A DNA stretch of 64,000 bases from Myxococcales bacterium (GTDB taxonomy: Bacteria; Myxococcota_A; UBA9042; JABWCM01; BTVJ01): assembly GCA_045863395.1 (NCBI GenBank), contig BTVJ01000014.1:52472-116471 (forward strand). The letters run 5' to 3'. Positions 24,513-34,464 of this stretch are shown here, in pieces; within the stretch, counting starts at the first letter, position 1; each line of letters opens with the position of its first letter. Made by a program: the position numbers and the translations under genes. A model generated the notes under the pieces. The model ran no database searches, was not told the DNA's origin, and was given only the letters and a program-made list of their open reading frames with translations.

Positions 24513-26693
24513 GTGAGCCACATGCACCTTCGCGCCTGCGCCTTGGTCCTCTTCGCCAGCGCTGCGTGGGCGGACCCGGAGCCCGCAGGCACGCTGGTGC
24601 GGGCGGCCGCCCTCCGAGACGCCAGCGGAGAGGACGTCCGCGCCGCGCAGGACGCGGTGGTCGCCATGGGGCAGACCGCGACGGGGGCCCTGGCGGCGCT
24701 GCTCGACGATCCTGGCGCGGGGCTCGACGCGCGGCTCGTCGCGCTGCGCCTGCTGGGCCGCATCGGGGGAGCCGAGGCCCTGGACGCCATCGGGGGCGTG
24801 GCCACCCGGTCCGATGAGCCCGCCCTCCGGTGGGCCGCGGCCGAGACCCTCGCCACCTTCGACGGGGACGAGCCGGTGCGCTGGCTCGTGCCCCTGCTCT
24901 GGGACCCCACGACGGCCTCGACCTCCCTGTGGCTGCTCTCCGAGCGTGCCACCCCCGACTTGATCCCCGTCTTCGCTGCCGGCCTCGCGGATCCCGCCCT
25001 CGCCGCCCAGGCGCTCATGGCGCTGGCCGCCGTGTGTACGCCCGAGGCGGAGCAGCTCATCGCGACGGTGGCGGAGCGAGGAGATCCCGCCACGTATCTC
25101 GACGCGGTGGCGGGCCTGCTCCGTTGCGGAGGGCCGGTGTCCGTAGCACAGGGCGTCGAGCGTGCGCAGGCGCTCGCCGAGGAGGACCGCGCCCGCGTGG
25201 CGGACCGCCTGCTGGCGAGCAGGCCGGACCCGGTCGCCCTCCGAAGCGTGCTCGACACGAGCGTCCCCCGCGCGGTGCTCGGGGATGGAGAGGTGGCGCT
25301 GGCGGCGCGCCTCGCCCTGGTGGACGCCCCCGGCGCGGCGCAGGTGCTGGCGGCGGCGCCCTGGCGGGACGCCGTCATCGACGCCGCGCTGCGAGGCACG
25401 CGCCGCGACGCCTCCTCCCTGGTGCGGCTGACCCGCGACCCCCGGGCCCGAGCCGCGGCCCGCTCCGTCCTGCGAGGAGAGCGTCAGGGCGCGTGGGGGG
25501 CCGCCCTGGACGTGCTCGGCGAGGCGCGGGACGCAGACGACGTGGCCGTGCTCGCCGCGTGCCTGGCGGAGCCCCTGGACCGCTCCCAGCCGTGCCTTCG
25601 CCTTCTCGCCCTGGCATCACGCGGGGCCCCCGAGGCGGTTGGCGCCCTGGAGGACGCTCTGGATGGCCGCCTGCCCGTGACCGAGGGGCTCGACCTGGTC
25701 GCGGCCGCGTGGCTGAGCGGTGCCCCGTCGCTGGTGGACCGGGTGCGCGGGCGCCGCCCTCGGGAGCTGACCGCCGGGCTCGTGGAGGCGCTGGCGCGGC
25801 GCCCGGTGGGCCCGCAGGAGCGCGCCGCCCTGCTCGGCGCCCTGGGCGGCCCGGACGCTCGGGCCGCCCTGGACACCCTCGGCTCCAGCGGCGACGGGGA
25901 CGCCGTGGGGGCCATCGCCGCGTGGACGAGCCGGGCCTCGGCCGAGGACCGGGGAGCCGGGCTGCGCGCCCTGGGCCTCGTCGGGACGGATCGAGCCGTC
26001 GCGGCTCTGGCTCCCATCGCCCGAAAGCCGGGGCACCCGGACCGACTGGCGGCGGTCCAGGCCATCGCGCTCGTCAGGACGGCTGCTTCCTCCACGTTGC
26101 TCGCTCAGATGCTGGATCCCGTGCGCCCGGACCTCTTCGTGGCGGCCGCCGAGGGGCTCGCGGAGCGCCCGGCGGACGTGCTTCCCCCCGTGCTCCTCTC
26201 AGCCGCGTGGGACGCCGACGAGCGGGTCGCCCTCGCCGCCATCCGGGCGTTGGTGGCGGCCGGGGAGCTGGATCGGGCGCGCGACGCCCTGAACGCGAGA
26301 GCGGGGCTGCTGTCGCGGGAGGGGCTGGTGACCGCCGATGGCCTGCTCGCCGCGCGCCCTCTGCCCTCCATGAGCGGCGCGGCCCCGGGGCTCGCCGGCG
26401 TACCGGACCTCCCGGCGCTCATCGCGGGGGCAGCCTCCCGGGCCCCCGTCGCCGCGCTCGTGCGGTCCGTGGTGGACGGCGCGTCGCGGGGGGATCCGTC
26501 GCAGGCCGTCATCGTCGGCCTCGCGTCCTGGGACCCGGAGGTGCGCGAGCTGGCCCTCACGGTCGCACGGTCTCTCTGCGGCGAGGAGCGCGCCGCCCTC
26601 GAGGCCGCGCTCCGGGACGCTCCCCCTCCCGTCCCGCGCCAGGAGGTCCGCGCGGCTCTGGACGGGGCCCCGTGCCCGCCCGAGCGCTGGTAG
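24513..26693 (+). CDS. secreted HEAT/armadillo-like repeat protein
   Basis: GTG start abutting the previous stop. Signal peptide MSHMHLRACALVLFASAAWA. Repeated (A/V)RxxAAxALGxxG-type units throughout. Confidence 0.7.
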   Translation: MSHMHLRACALVLFASAAWADPEPAGTLVRAAALRDASGEDVRAAQDAVVAMGQTATGALAALLDDPGAGLDARLVALRLLGRIGGAEALDAIGGVATRSDEPALRWAAAETLATFDGDEPVRWLVPLLWDPTTASTSLWLLSERATPDLIPVFAAGLADPALAAQALMALAAVCTPEAEQLIATVAERGDPATYLDAVAGLLRCGGPVSVAQGVERAQALAEEDRARVADRLLASRPDPVALRSVLDTSVPRAVLGDGEVALAARLALVDAPGAAQVLAAAPWRDAVIDAALRGTRRDASSLVRLTRDPRARAAARSVLRGERQGAWGAALDVLGEARDADDVAVLAACLAEPLDRSQPCLRLLALASRGAPEAVGALEDALDGRLPVTEGLDLVAAAWLSGAPSLVDRVRGRRPRELTAGLVEALARRPVGPQERAALLGALGGPDARAALDTLGSSGDGDAVGAIAAWTSRASAEDRGAGLRALGLVGTDRAVAALAPIARKPGHPDRLAAVQAIALVRTAASSTLLAQMLDPVRPDLFVAAAEGLAERPADVLPPVLLSAAWDADERVALAAIRALVAAGELDRARDALNARAGLLSREGLVTADGLLAARPLPSMSGAAPGLAGVPDLPALIAGAASRAPVAALVRSVVDGASRGDPSQAVIVGLASWDPEVRELALTVARSLCGEERAALEAALRDAPPPVPRQEVRAALDGAPCPPERW

Positions 26694-26727
26694 GTCCCTC
26701 TGCCCTGACAGGGCCGGGAAGTCGCGG

Positions 26728-28125
26728 CTACTCCCAGATCATGCAGTGTCCCCAGAGGGAGGCAGGGTCCTTGCGGTAGCAGAAGTCGTAGCCCTTCGCC
26801 TTGCAGGGCGCGTCGGCGATGCAGGCGGGCCAACAGCGGTCGATGGCGCCGCACACGAGGCCGGGTGCACACAGGTCGGTGACCGGGTCACAGGCGTCTC
26901 CAACGGCCAGGTCTCCCGCAGATCCACACTGCGTCCAGGGCTCCTCCCCGCACTGCCAGAGACCCGTGGCGCACAGCGCCCAGCCGATGAGGCCGTCGCA
27001 GGACGAGTACCAGCCCTCGGACTTGCTGCCGATGGCGCCGCAGGTCGCCTCGCAGCCGGCGCACGTGACCGCCTTCAGGAGCTTGCCGGTGCAGGGGTCG
27101 GTCCACCCCTCGTCCTTCGTGCCGGTGCCCGTGCAGACGGGAGCGCAGCCCGCGTCCGGCACCTCGCAGGCGCACAGGGGCACGACGTCGCCGCTCGCGC
27201 ATGCGTAGCTCGCCTCACTGCCGACGCTACAGGAGGAGCCCTGACAGAGCGCCTGCGGGGAGCCAGTACAGGCAAACTCGGGGGCGCACTGTGCCCACTG
27301 GATGAGCTCGCCCGTGCAGCCGTCGACCCACCCCTCCGACTTGCTGCCGATGGCTGCGCAGGCCGCCGTGCACCCGGTGCAGTCCGCCTCGCCCATGAGC
27401 GCGCCCGTGCAGGAGTCCACCCAGCCGCCGGCGCCTGGCTGACACACGGGCTCACACGGGGCCACCTCACACTGGCACCAGGGGACGGGTGCTCCCTGCG
27501 GGCATGGCCACTCCACGGTCTGGCCAGCGTGGCACAGAGTGGGGCAGGTGCCCTCCGGGTGCTCCACGCAGTCCCAGCCGCCGGCCGTGCAGGCGCAGAA
27601 GGGTACGTCGGTCCCGTCGGGGCACGCGTACGTCACAGGGGAGACGCCGGCGCAGTCGCATGTGCACTCACCACCCGCGCCGCACACGGGCTTCGGACAC
27701 GGCAGCGCGCAGTCCGAGTCCTCGGCACAGCCTGCGCAGGCGCATACGGGGCAGCCGTCCGGTCCGGTGGCAAAGCCGTGCTCGCAGAACAGGGTGCAGT
27801 CGACGGGTGGACAGCCGGCGTCCGGGGGCAGGGTCGTGTCTGGGGGGCCCGAGTCCAGGGATGCGTCGGCAGTGGCCGCGCCGTCCGTGTCTGCGGTGGT
27901 GGGTGCATCGCTGAGGACATCCGGGGCAGCGATGTCGGCTGCAGCCCCCGTGTCGGGTGCGGCGTCCAGGAGCACGTCAGGCCCGGCGTCCGAGGGCGAC
28001 ACGTCTCCGTGGGTGTCGGCGATGCCGGCATCGGCGCCGCCGTTGCTCTGGCTGCCCCCGGCGGAGGGGCACCCGGCGAGCAGGGTGAGAGAGTACGCGA
28101 GAGCCGCGAGCATCACGCAGCGCAT
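26728..28125 (-). CDS. Cys-rich secreted lipoprotein
   Basis: Trimmed to MRCVMLAALAYSLTLLAGC (lipobox) after GGAGGAGG. Acidic D/A/T linker, then CTLFCEHGFATGPDGCPVCAC and repeated C..C.AIGSKSEGW(V/Y)..C.G.LI.WA.C units. Confidence 0.75.
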   Translation of the reverse strand: MRCVMLAALAYSLTLLAGCPSAGGSQSNGGADAGIADTHGDVSPSDAGPDVLLDAAPDTGAAADIAAPDVLSDAPTTADTDGAATADASLDSGPPDTTLPPDAGCPPVDCTLFCEHGFATGPDGCPVCACAGCAEDSDCALPCPKPVCGAGGECTCDCAGVSPVTYACPDGTDVPFCACTAGGWDCVEHPEGTCPTLCHAGQTVEWPCPQGAPVPWCQCEVAPCEPVCQPGAGGWVDSCTGALMGEADCTGCTAACAAIGSKSEGWVDGCTGELIQWAQCAPEFACTGSPQALCQGSSCSVGSEASYACASGDVVPLCACEVPDAGCAPVCTGTGTKDEGWTDPCTGKLLKAVTCAGCEATCGAIGSKSEGWYSSCDGLIGWALCATGLWQCGEEPWTQCGSAGDLAVGDACDPVTDLCAPGLVCGAIDRCWPACIADAPCKAKGYDFCYRKDPASLWGHCMIWE

Positions 28126-28351
28126 CAAGCACCTCCTCCGCCCATCCCGTGGGTACGATACGCCTCGCCTCCGCCCGCCGACAAGCACGCGCCCGGTTCG
28201 GACCGCGGAGGGTCCACGACTCGTCGGGGTGGGAAGGTCCGCGTAGTTCGCTATAGTCACCCACCTGCGGCGTCCCACCTGGGGATGCCTGGAACCCGAC
28301 GCGTTGGGAGCCCTCGACTCGCAGGGCAGGCGCCTGACAGGGAGGAGTGCC

Positions 28352-29461
28352 GTGAAGGGATGGATGGCGGCGGTGACGGTCGTGGCAGTTGTCGGGGCGT
28401 GCGCGGACGACGGCCCAGGGGGTTCGCCGGCAGAGGGCGCGGACGCGGAACAGCAGGTCGGCGCGGACACGATGGACACCGGAGCGACCACGGACGCCAG
28501 CGCCGACACAGGGGAGGGCGCCGATGGGGGGGACTCCGCGAGCCCTGCCGACGCTGGCGACGCGGGCCCGGGGGCCCAGGACACCGAGGCCGACTCGGGG
28601 GCACCGGACGCCTCGGCGCACGACGCGGCGGAGACGAGGGCAGACGCAGCGGACGCGCGTGCGCCCGCATGCACACCAGGCGCCACCCGTTGCGCTGCGG
28701 GCGCCTCCACGGTGGAGCGCTGCGATGCGGCCGGCGCCGGGTGGGTCGTATCCGAGGCGTGCGCCGAGGCCTGCGCGGCCGGCGAGTGTGTCGCGCTGGT
28801 GTGCACCCCGAACCAGAAGCTCTGCGATGGGGACACCCTTCGCGTGTGCAATCCCGGGGGGACGGCCACCACCACGGTGATGACGTGCGCGGCCGGCTGT
28901 GAGGAGAGCGCGACGGGGGCGGCGTGCCTTCTGTGCGAGGCGGGCGCGAAGGGCTGCAAGGACGCGGTGACGGCCTGGTCGTGCGTTCACCCGACGGAGC
29001 CGCCCGAGGAGACGCCGTGTGCTCCGGGCCTCGAGGCGTGCGTCGCCGGAGGCTGCACGGGCCTCCTCGCCTGGACGCCAGGCGACACCGCGGTCGACGC
29101 CATGCTGTGGCTGGCCATCCATACCGGCGCCTGCGCGCTGGACGGCGCCTCGGGCGGCGCGGACCTGCTGTGTTGGGCGCTGGACACGACGAAGCTGAAG
29201 GCGCCGATCACCGCTGCCGGCTTTTCGGAGTGGCTGTGCGACGGGGCGGCGGCAGGGACCCTGACCGCGGGGGACTTCCTACCGGTGGGTGCCCACGGCG
29301 AGGACCAGATCTTCGCTGCCGCTCTGGCGGCGGCGGGGTGTGCGGCACCGGCGACGCTCGGCCTCCCGCCGGCTGGCCTTCAGCCAGGCCACCCGGTGGG
29401 CGACCTCTGCGAGTCATGGCACAAGGCGACCGGCAAGGTGATCGTGGGCGCCTGCCCGTGA
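28352..29461 (+). CDS. Cys-rich secreted lipoprotein
   Basis: GTG at 28352 after GGGAGGAG. VKGWMAAVTVVAVVGAC (lipobox), acidic D/A/G/T linker, Cys-rich domain. Confidence 0.7.
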   Translation: MKGWMAAVTVVAVVGACADDGPGGSPAEGADAEQQVGADTMDTGATTDASADTGEGADGGDSASPADAGDAGPGAQDTEADSGAPDASAHDAAETRADAADARAPACTPGATRCAAGASTVERCDAAGAGWVVSEACAEACAAGECVALVCTPNQKLCDGDTLRVCNPGGTATTTVMTCAAGCEESATGAACLLCEAGAKGCKDAVTAWSCVHPTEPPEETPCAPGLEACVAGGCTGLLAWTPGDTAVDAMLWLAIHTGACALDGASGGADLLCWALDTTKLKAPITAAGFSEWLCDGAAAGTLTAGDFLPVGAHGEDQIFAAALAAAGCAAPATLGLPPAGLQPGHPVGDLCESWHKATGKVIVGACP

Positions 29462-29466
29462 CGCTC

Positions 29467-31320
29467 TCAGGGGCACGCGACCTGGGCGCCCGACGGGACG
29501 CTCAGGCCCTGGCACGACTCCACGTCGGCGGCGGGCGTGTAAGGGACGCTGGCGGTGACGCTGGTGACGGTCAGCGTGAAGGTGCCCGTGACCTGGGTCT
29601 TGAGCGAGAACACAGGCGTCAGGCCACTCGATCCCGTCGTGCCGCTCAGCGGGTAGGACGTGCCGCTCGGTGACCGGAGGTCGACCGTGACGCTCGCGCC
29701 GGCGATGGGTGCTCCCTGCGAGTTGACCACGAGCACCTGCCCGTTGACCTGGTAGGGGTACTTGCCCTTGATGGACGTCTGCCACATCGCCACGTCCTGC
29801 ACGTGGGCGCTGGAGCACTCGGTGCCCCACACCTGCTCGCATGCCGCGGCGCAGGTGCCACCGCTCGCGCAGACGGTGGCCGGACACGTGAAGCCCACGG
29901 CCCCGCAGTCGGCGTCCGTCGTGCACGCCGGGGCCCGGCACTGCCCGCCGCAGCAGATGCCGTCGCAGGGGAGCCCGTCGTCGGGAGCGCTCGTGCACAG
30001 GCCCGTCTGGCTGTTGCACACGTCGGCGGTGCAGGGGTTGCCGTCGTCGCAGGCCGCGTCCGAGGTGCACGGGTCGACCGGGGAACCCACCCGCAGGAGG
30101 GGCTCCTGAACGCCGTCCGGGTCGTCGCCGCACTTGCCGAGGGGCCCGGCGCACGGGGCTGTCTCGGCGGCCGCAAGCAGCGCGGCGCGGACGTCGGCGG
30201 GGGTCCAGGACGGGTTCTGCGCCATCAGGCGTGCGGCTGCCCCCGCGACGTGGGGAGCCGCCATGCTCGTGCCGCTCTTGCTGCCGTACCCGCCGCCCGG
30301 CACCGTGGAGAGGATGCCCACGCCTGGGGCCATGATGTCCACGTCGTGGCCGAAGTTGCTGAAGCACGCGAAGGAGTCGTCCACGCTCTCGGTGCACGAG
30401 CTGAACGAGAACACGCCGGAGCCCAGCCCGCCCGGCGCGCCGTCGAAGTCGGCGAGGGCGGACACGGTGATCACCTCGTCGTAGGCGGCGGGGACGCTGA
30501 TGGCCGCGTTGGTCGACTCGTTGCCCGCCGCCACGACGAACGTGACGCCGGCAGCCACCGCACGGCAGATGGCGATGTGCTCGGCGTCCGTGGACAGCGA
30601 GCAGTCGGTGCCGTCGGTGTCGTCGGTGCCGCCGCCGCCCAGGCTCATGTTCGCGACGTCGATGACGCCCGCGTTGGCCGTCACCCAGTCGATGCCCGCG
30701 ATCACGCCGGAGCGCGTCCCGCTGCCGCTGGCGCTGAGCACCTTGACGGCGTACAGGCGCGCCCCTGGGGCCACCCCGACCACGCCGATGCCGTTGTCAC
30801 GGGCAGCGATGGTACCAGCCACGTGGGTCCCGTGGCCGTTGTCGTCGTTGCCGCCCGCCTTGCAGGCGCCCGTCTTGGGGCTGGGCTTCACGCAGTCGAT
30901 GCCCCCCACCACGTTGAGGTCGGGGTGGGTCAGGTCGATGCCGGTGTCGATGACCGCCACGTCCACGTCGAGGGACGAGCCGTCGAGGAGCGGCGCCGCC
31001 CCGATGCGCACGATCCCCGTGGGGATCGACTGGGCGTAGGCCTCGACCACCGAGTCCTGCTCGATCCACGCGACGTTGGGGTTGTTCTCGAGGGCCTTGA
31101 GCGCCGCCGGGGGCAGGGAGGCGGCGAAGCCGCGCAGCGCATGGGAGTACGTCACGTGTGGCGTGACCCCATGGGCGCCGGCGAAGGCGTGGGGGTTCTT
31201 GACGCTGTCATTCAGCACGACGATGTACTGGCCGGGGATCACTTGTGCGGAGGCGGCGCTGCCCGCGGCAATCACGGACATGGTGGCCAGCGCGAGGCTG
31301 ACGCGGCGAAGCGACTTCAT
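29467..31320 (-). CDS. S8 subtilisin-like serine protease with I9 propeptide and Cys-rich C-terminal extension
   Basis: Start MKSLRRVSLALATMSVIAAGSAASA. Catalytic triad contexts VAVIDTGID, HGTHVAGTIAA, GTSMAAPHVAGAAA. C-terminal CDDGNPCTADVC repeat. Confidence 0.9.
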   Translation of the reverse strand: MKSLRRVSLALATMSVIAAGSAASAQVIPGQYIVVLNDSVKNPHAFAGAHGVTPHVTYSHALRGFAASLPPAALKALENNPNVAWIEQDSVVEAYAQSIPTGIVRIGAAPLLDGSSLDVDVAVIDTGIDLTHPDLNVVGGIDCVKPSPKTGACKAGGNDDNGHGTHVAGTIAARDNGIGVVGVAPGARLYAVKVLSASGSGTRSGVIAGIDWVTANAGVIDVANMSLGGGGTDDTDGTDCSLSTDAEHIAICRAVAAGVTFVVAAGNESTNAAISVPAAYDEVITVSALADFDGAPGGLGSGVFSFSSCTESVDDSFACFSNFGHDVDIMAPGVGILSTVPGGGYGSKSGTSMAAPHVAGAAARLMAQNPSWTPADVRAALLAAAETAPCAGPLGKCGDDPDGVQEPLLRVGSPVDPCTSDAACDDGNPCTADVCNSQTGLCTSAPDDGLPCDGICCGGQCRAPACTTDADCGAVGFTCPATVCASGGTCAAACEQVWGTECSSAHVQDVAMWQTSIKGKYPYQVNGQVLVVNSQGAPIAGASVTVDLRSPSGTSYPLSGTTGSSGLTPVFSLKTQVTGTFTLTVTSVTASVPYTPAADVESCQGLSVPSGAQVACP

Positions 31321-31516
31321 GAGGGGTCCTCCAGGACGGTTCTCGGCGGAGGCCGAGAGCTGGTTCGGGCGGGGTGCGGCGCTCACATATGCGCCTCGGC
31401 CTCCTGAGGTCAAGAGAATTCGGCGTGTGGTCGCAGGCGCCGGCTTGGCAGGCTCTGGCGGTCGCGGTGCTCGGGGAGCAGACGCCGCGGCCAGTCACGT
31501 CCGGTGGCGGCGCTGG

Positions 31517-34321
31517 TCAAGCCGGCGGCGGCCCGTCGATGGGCTCGACCCACAGGAAGGAGAACGCCGGGTCCAGGCGGTAGGCCGTCGATGACGCGCG
31601 CCGGGTGCCCGGCCCCCTCACGGTCTTGATGTGTCGCCCGTCCTCGCCGAGCATGTCGCGGAGCCGCGAGATCGCCACCTTGAGCCGCGTGCGCGCTTTT
31701 TGATCGTAGGGTCCGGCCCCCCACACGGCCTCGGTGAGGTTCGCCGCGGGCAGGTTCTTGCCCGGGTGGGTGATCAGGGCGCGGAGCAGGGGCAGCGCCA
31801 CGCGCTTCAGCTCGGCGAGCTGCACGGCGCCGCGGTGGCGGATCTCGCAGCGGCCGTCCACCTGCAGCACGGTCAGCACCGCGCCGTCTGGCTTGTGGAG
31901 CACCCGTCCGAGCTCCGACGAGTCCACGATGCGCTCGCCCTGCGGCCCGAAGAGGCGGAAGCGGGGGCGGTTGTCCGTGTCCAGGGCCGGCGTCGGTGAG
32001 GAGAGGGGCAGCGTCACCGGCTCGGCGCCGCGCTTGAAGTAGGCCGCGCTCTCGGCCCCGCCGTCGAAGATCGCCAGCTCCAGGACGGGACGGAACCGCC
32101 GCCGCTGGCCGAAGTGGTACCCGAAGCGGTTGGCCACCGAGCACGCCTGCTCGCAGAGCAGCGTGATGCTCGCACGCACGTTGTCGCGCCCTGCCTCGTG
32201 CTGCTTGTAGTAGACCTCGGCAGTCAGCAGATCCGCGCGGGCAACGTGGTAGTGGGCGGACAGCCGGACGAGCCGATCCCGGGCCTTCTGGAGGATCCCC
32301 GGTGCCTCGTCCACGTGCCCCTCCGCCACGGCGATGGCGGCCCGCGCCTCGTCGTGGAGGGCCGACAGGGTCGGCTCCACCCGCGCCAGGTCGCCGACCA
32401 GGCCCTGGACCCGGTCGGCCATCTCCCGCGCCTCCTCCACCTGCCCGTGCTCCGCCAGGAACGCCGCGTACGCCGTGAGGATCTCGGCGCGCAGCTTCAT
32501 GTCGGCGAACCGCTCCATCACGGTGACGGCCTGCCGGAAGTGCACTCCCGCCTCGGCGGGCTGCTCCTCCGCGATGTTCAGCTCCGCGAAGACCGCCAGC
32601 GTGGTCGCGATGCCCGAGAGGCTCCCGGCGCGGCGGCGCACGCTCAGGCCCTCGCGCAGGCGGTCGCGGGCCTCGTCCCACCGGCCCTGCATGAGGTGGC
32701 ACCGGGCGATGCGGGAGCTGAGGAGGCCATAGAGGTCGGGGTCCGCCTGGCGATCGATGAGCTGCAGCGCCTGCTCGTAGTGGCGGATGGCGGTGGTGAC
32801 GTCCCCCTCCCGCGCCGTGAGGAGGCCGAGCTCCTTGCGGGCGTGGGCCTCGGCGCGCGTGCGCAGCGACACGGAAGCCCCTTGGACGATGCGGTCGAGG
32901 GCCTCCCGCGCCTGCTCGTGGTGGCCCGCCTCGAGGAGCAGCCGCGCCCGGAGCTGGAACAGGTCGAAGCGCATGGCCTCCGCCGCCTCCAGGTCGTCGG
33001 CGGCCAGCTCGGGCGGCGCCTCGTCGAGGGAGCGCAGGGCCCGCTGGCAGAAGGTATCGGCCTCCCGTGAGAGCCCGCGCAGCCACGCGGTGTGCGCCTG
33101 GACGGCCGCTACCCGGGCGCGGGCGACCGCGAGCTGGCCCGTCCCTTGGGCCGCCATCTCACGCATGCTGCGCTCGCACCGGAGCAGCGCCTGCCGCGAC
33201 CCGGACCAGTCCCCCGCCTCCGCCCGGACGCGGGCCAGCATGGCGGTGGTCCGGAAGGGCAGCGGCCCGATCTCTCGCTCCAGGAGGTCCAGCCACCCGC
33301 GGAGGCGCTCGGCGGCGACCACCTCCAGCAGACGATCCGCGTGGAGCTGCATGTGGCCGAGGGCGGCTCGCAGGTCCCCGGCGGCCAGGAAGTGGGCGAC
33401 CACGTCGGCGGCGGCGCCCTCGGGATCGCGCTGGGCCAGGTGCTCGGCGGCGCGGCGGTGCGCCTGGAGCACGGCGGCCTGGTCCTTGCGCCAGATCATG
33501 GCGCGCAGGGACTCGCGGAGCAGTGGCGCGCGGAATGTCACCACGCCCTGCCGGTTGACCACGAGCTGGTGCGCCGTCATGACGTCCGCAACGTGCCGCG
33601 CCCGGTCCGCGTCTCCCAGCACGGCGCGCAGCGCGGCGGGATCGGGCCGCCGGAGGACCGCGGCGCACCCCATGGCGTCCATGTCCTGGGAGGCCACGCC
33701 GCGCAGGATGTCGGTGCGGACGTAGCGCACGAGGTGCTCCGGGGGATCCTCCAGGCGCAGCAGCTCACGCAGGCGCTCCACGGAGCCATCCAGGGGCACG
33801 ATGCCGCCCAGCAGCGCCGGCCAGCCCGCCGTCACCTCGTGGGTCTCGTCGACGAGGTCCTCCGGCACCGGCTCGACGAGCCCCTGGTCGAGGACGCGGC
33901 GCGTCTCGTCGCGCTCGAAGGCGAGGCGGTCCGGGCCGAGGCGGTGCAGGTCCACGCTGGCCAGCAGGTCGAGCAGCGCGGGCTGGACGGGAGAGCCGCT
34001 GATCAGCACGACCACGCGGTTCGGATCGGCCAGGACGACGTCGGCCAGGCGGCGGGTGCCCGCGGGGTCGAGGGCCGACACGCCCCGGACGACGAGCGGG
34101 CCCGCCGGCGCAGGCCCGCGCACCAGGTCACTGGCTTCCACGTCGGCGGCCCCGGGGATCGCCGCAGCGAGACCCGACGCCAGGAAGGACTTGCCGAACC
34201 CCGCGGGTGCCGCGATCAGGCACGCGGGTGGTCCCTGGATGACCCGCTGCAGGAGCCCGGGTCTGTCTATGCGTGGCTGGATGTCCTTTTCACTCTCCAG
34301 GCCATCCCATGCAGCGTTCAT
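31517..34321 (-). CDS. STAND-type NTPase / TPR transcriptional regulator with C-terminal OmpR/PhoB-type winged helix
   Basis: Walker A APAGFGKSFLAS. Long TPR-like middle. C-terminal LTEAVWGAGPYDQKARTRLKVAISRLRDMLGEDGRHIKT...YRL. Start set at MNAAWDG (34321, GGAGGA RBS); the track start is 34369. Confidence 0.8.
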   Translation of the reverse strand: MNAAWDGLESEKDIQPRIDRPGLLQRVIQGPPACLIAAPAGFGKSFLASGLAAAIPGAADVEASDLVRGPAPAGPLVVRGVSALDPAGTRRLADVVLADPNRVVVLISGSPVQPALLDLLASVDLHRLGPDRLAFERDETRRVLDQGLVEPVPEDLVDETHEVTAGWPALLGGIVPLDGSVERLRELLRLEDPPEHLVRYVRTDILRGVASQDMDAMGCAAVLRRPDPAALRAVLGDADRARHVADVMTAHQLVVNRQGVVTFRAPLLRESLRAMIWRKDQAAVLQAHRRAAEHLAQRDPEGAAADVVAHFLAAGDLRAALGHMQLHADRLLEVVAAERLRGWLDLLEREIGPLPFRTTAMLARVRAEAGDWSGSRQALLRCERSMREMAAQGTGQLAVARARVAAVQAHTAWLRGLSREADTFCQRALRSLDEAPPELAADDLEAAEAMRFDLFQLRARLLLEAGHHEQAREALDRIVQGASVSLRTRAEAHARKELGLLTAREGDVTTAIRHYEQALQLIDRQADPDLYGLLSSRIARCHLMQGRWDEARDRLREGLSVRRRAGSLSGIATTLAVFAELNIAEEQPAEAGVHFRQAVTVMERFADMKLRAEILTAYAAFLAEHGQVEEAREMADRVQGLVGDLARVEPTLSALHDEARAAIAVAEGHVDEAPGILQKARDRLVRLSAHYHVARADLLTAEVYYKQHEAGRDNVRASITLLCEQACSVANRFGYHFGQRRRFRPVLELAIFDGGAESAAYFKRGAEPVTLPLSSPTPALDTDNRPRFRLFGPQGERIVDSSELGRVLHKPDGAVLTVLQVDGRCEIRHRGAVQLAELKRVALPLLRALITHPGKNLPAANLTEAVWGAGPYDQKARTRLKVAISRLRDMLGEDGRHIKTVRGPGTRRASSTAYRLDPAFSFLWVEPIDGPPPA

Positions 34322-34378
34322 GCGGTCCTCCATGCTCCTCAGACCTCGGTCCCCACCCACGGGGGGCATGACGGTTGC

Positions 34379-34407
34379 ATTGTAACCAGCCTGTAACCGC
34401 TTGGCAA
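34379..34407 (-). promoter_or_regulatory. sigma70 promoter TTGCCA-N17-TACAAT with overlapping GGTTACA direct repeats
   Basis: The minus strand reads TTGCCAagcGGTTACAggctGGTTACAAT. The -35 is at 34407-34402 and the -10 at 34384-34379. GGTTACA repeats at an 11-bp period (forward TGTAACC at 34381 and 34392). Confidence 0.5.
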
Positions 34408-34464
34408 CATCTTGACGCTTGATTGTGTGCGGTGCGGGTGCTCAGCGCGGGGGAGCCGGGCGCG

